From: an uncultured Clostridia bacterium
GTDB taxonomy: Bacteria; Bacillota; Clostridia; Christensenellales; Borkfalkiaceae
Direction: 5' to 3'
NCBI GenBank assembly: GCA_947625865.1
Contig: CANQQD010000002.1
Coordinates: 39,457 to 103,456 of the forward strand
DNA length: 64,000 nucleotides
Within the stretch, counting starts at the first letter, position 1; every line of letters starts with the position of its first letter. Below, in pieces: positions 62,213 to 64,000 of this stretch. Both the position numbers and the translations under genes were made by a program. A model generated the notes under the pieces. The model was not told where the DNA came from and did no database searches. It saw only the letters and a list, made by a program, of their open reading frames with translations.

Positions 62213-62707
62213 TTACTTTTTCTTTATTAATAAGACCGACGAAAATATTATACCGCCAAGCAAGACTATGCTGACAGCTAAGCATGCGTAAAACTCAGAC
62301 CTATCGATTCCGCTGGTAGATACGTAGTCTATACCTGCATTATAAGAGTCGGAAAACACTATAAAGCCGGTTCCGACCGTGAAAACCAACGCAATTATAA
62401 GAGCAAACGAAAGCAACACCAAGGCTATTATCGGAATTGTTTTTTTGGTTCCCGGTTTTTGTTTTTCGGAAGATAATGCAATTTCGCCTTTTATATCAGT
62501 CCCGACGGGAATAAAATAATCTGCCTTTACGTTAAAATATCCGCACAAGGCTTTGATATTATCTATGTTGGGCGTTGTTACGTCCGTTTCCCATTTGTTG
62601 ACTGTCTGCCTTGAAACTCCTATTTCAAGACCAAGCTCTTCCTGCGAAATGTCCTTTGATCTGCGTAGCTCGCGTATCCTTTGTCCTATGCTCAGCACTG
62701 CCGCCAC
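62213..62707 (-). CDS. membrane-anchored XRE-family HTH regulator
   Basis: GTG start. ISQEELGLEIGVSRQTVNKWE HTH, then two TM segments in the C-terminal half. Confidence 0.75.
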   Translation of the reverse strand: MAAVLSIGQRIRELRRSKDISQEELGLEIGVSRQTVNKWETDVTTPNIDNIKALCGYFNVKADYFIPVGTDIKGEIALSSEKQKPGTKKTIPIIALVLLSFALIIALVFTVGTGFIVFSDSYNAGIDYVSTSGIDRSEFYACLAVSIVLLGGIIFSSVLLIKKK

Positions 62708-62794
62708 CTTCCCAATCTGATTTAATGCTTATAATTATACAACATAAGCCTGTAAAATGCAAATAATACAGACTGAAATTATATTTTTATACAA

Positions 62795-62818
62795 AAAAGA
62801 GCCTGTAACGGCTCTTTT
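62795..62818 (-). terminator. terminator downstream of the activase-related gene
   Basis: AAAAGAGCC / GGCTCTTTT stem with a T-run on the minus strand. Confidence 0.7.
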
Positions 62819-62848
62819 AAACGTATAGGATGATAAATTCAGCGGCAA

Positions 62849-64000
62849 TCAAACAGCCTTGGAGCTGTTTCCCGTTTGCACGCTGTTTTCGCGTGCGGTG
62901 GCCAACATGAGCTTTATACGGTTTTCCTGATTGACGCGCGTTGCGGAGGGATCATAGTCCACGGCAACTATGTTTTCGTCACGGTATAGCTCCTTGAGGG
63001 TCCTTATGGCGCCCTTGCCGGCTATGTGGTTGGGAAGGCAGCCGAACGGCTGCGTGCAGACGATATTAGGCACGCCCGTTTCGGCGAGCGCAGCCATTTC
63101 CGCAGGGATGAGCCAGCCCTCGCCCATCTTGACGCCCTGGTTCAAAACCTTGTCGGCGCAGCGGCGGAGATGCTCGAAGTCGTGAACGGGCACGAACGTA
63201 CCATCCCTTTCAAACTCCTTTATGATATTTTTCTGCATGCGGTGCACGGCTTTATAGACAACGTTATATAAAAACGATTTGAATTTGCTGTGACCGTAGA
63301 GCTTGCCGTCGTTGACGACGTTGACGATACAATATAAAACAAAATCCAAAAGGGCGGGCACCACCGGCTCGCAATTCTCCGAGAGAAGGAATTTTTCCAG
63401 ATTGTTGTTGCCGAGGCGGGAGTATTTGACGTATATTTCGCCGACTATCCCCACCTTTATCTTCCGGAGGTCCTGCCGCGGCACCGACGCGAAGAGCGCG
63501 ATGAGGCGCTTATTTATTTTTTTGTATTTGGAATAGCCGCCTCTTTTGAACTTGTCCACCACGTATGCCACGGCTTCGTCGCGGGCCTTGTCGGCTGAGC
63601 CGTTCTCCGCCTCGTAGGGCTTGGTCTGGTTGTAGCACCACATTATAGTGTCGCCGTAGAGTATGGAGTATGCGAGCTTTAAAAACAGCTTTGCGCCTAT
63701 TTCGAACGAACTGTCCTTTTCAAGCCCGGAAAAGTTTACCGAAACGACGGGGACCTGCGGAAATTCCGTGTGAATGGCTTTTCTTATGAGGGACATGTAG
63801 TTGGACGCGCGGCAGCCGCCGCCCGTCTGGGTGATCATGAGCGCGGTGTGATCCAAATCGTATTTGCCGCTCTTCAAAGCGTCGATATATTGTCCCACCA
63901 CACAAAGACAAGGATAGCACGTGTCGTTGTGAACGTGCTTCAAGCCCTCGTCTATGACCGTGCGGTTCTCGTTTTTGAGCACCTCGATATCGTAGCCCTC
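62849..64000 (-). CDS. C-terminal part of an acyl-CoA dehydratase activase-related protein (DUF2229-like); 5-prime end beyond the right window edge
   Basis: HNDTCYPC, ITQTGGGCRASNY, CTQPFGCLPNH motifs. The frame stays open upstream of the track start to the window end. Confidence 0.72.
   Translation of the reverse strand, partial: EGYDIEVLKNENRTVIDEGLKHVHNDTCYPCLCVVGQYIDALKSGKYDLDHTALMITQTGGGCRASNYMSLIRKAIHTEFPQVPVVSVNFSGLEKDSSFEIGAKLFLKLAYSILYGDTIMWCYNQTKPYEAENGSADKARDEAVAYVVDKFKRGGYSKYKKINKRLIALFASVPRQDLRKIKVGIVGEIYVKYSRLGNNNLEKFLLSENCEPVVPALLDFVLYCIVNVVNDGKLYGHSKFKSFLYNVVYKAVHRMQKNIIKEFERDGTFVPVHDFEHLRRCADKVLNQGVKMGEGWLIPAEMAALAETGVPNIVCTQPFGCLPNHIAGKGAIRTLKELYRDENIVAVDYDPSATRVNQENRIKLMLATARENSVQTGNSSKAV

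Overview
This is a chromosomal, mostly housekeeping 64-kb segment from a Gram-positive anaerobe. It is Bacillota, probably class Clostridia, judged from AGGAGG-type RBSs, genes such as fhs, and the conserved secG-rnr-smpB and yhbY / nadD-yqeK / rsfS neighbourhoods. I call about 60 protein genes. They cover glycolysis and pentose phosphate (pgi, pgk, tpiA, gpmI, tkt, a phosphohexomutase) and translation (glnS, glyQS, proS, rplI, obg, rsfS, yhbY, smpB, rnr, an ABC-F factor). They also cover methionine/SAM metabolism (metY, metA, and metK behind an S-box-like leader), envelope functions (cls, LemA-DUF2207, a large LRR surface lipoprotein, an S1 protease) and two regulator-linked ABC exporters. 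I saw no rRNA, tRNA, CRISPR array, transposase or integrase. Five things stand out. (1) A full-length but catalytically degenerate Rho paralogue is translationally coupled to obg. (2) A family of modular, hairpin-rich non-coding elements (four copies or fragments) starts right at the stop codons of pgk and proS, flanks tpiA and brackets a GntR-ABC operon. (3) A long structured leader with an intrinsic terminator precedes the LRR lipoprotein operon. (4) A small XRE gene downstream of metK is bracketed by identical 34-bp terminator repeats. (5) Visibly AT-rich accessory insertions are present, one of which splits the tpiA-gpmI neighbourhood. All functional calls rest on motif recognition by eye and need database confirmation. 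Coordinates of hand-mapped non-coding features may be off by 1-2 nt.
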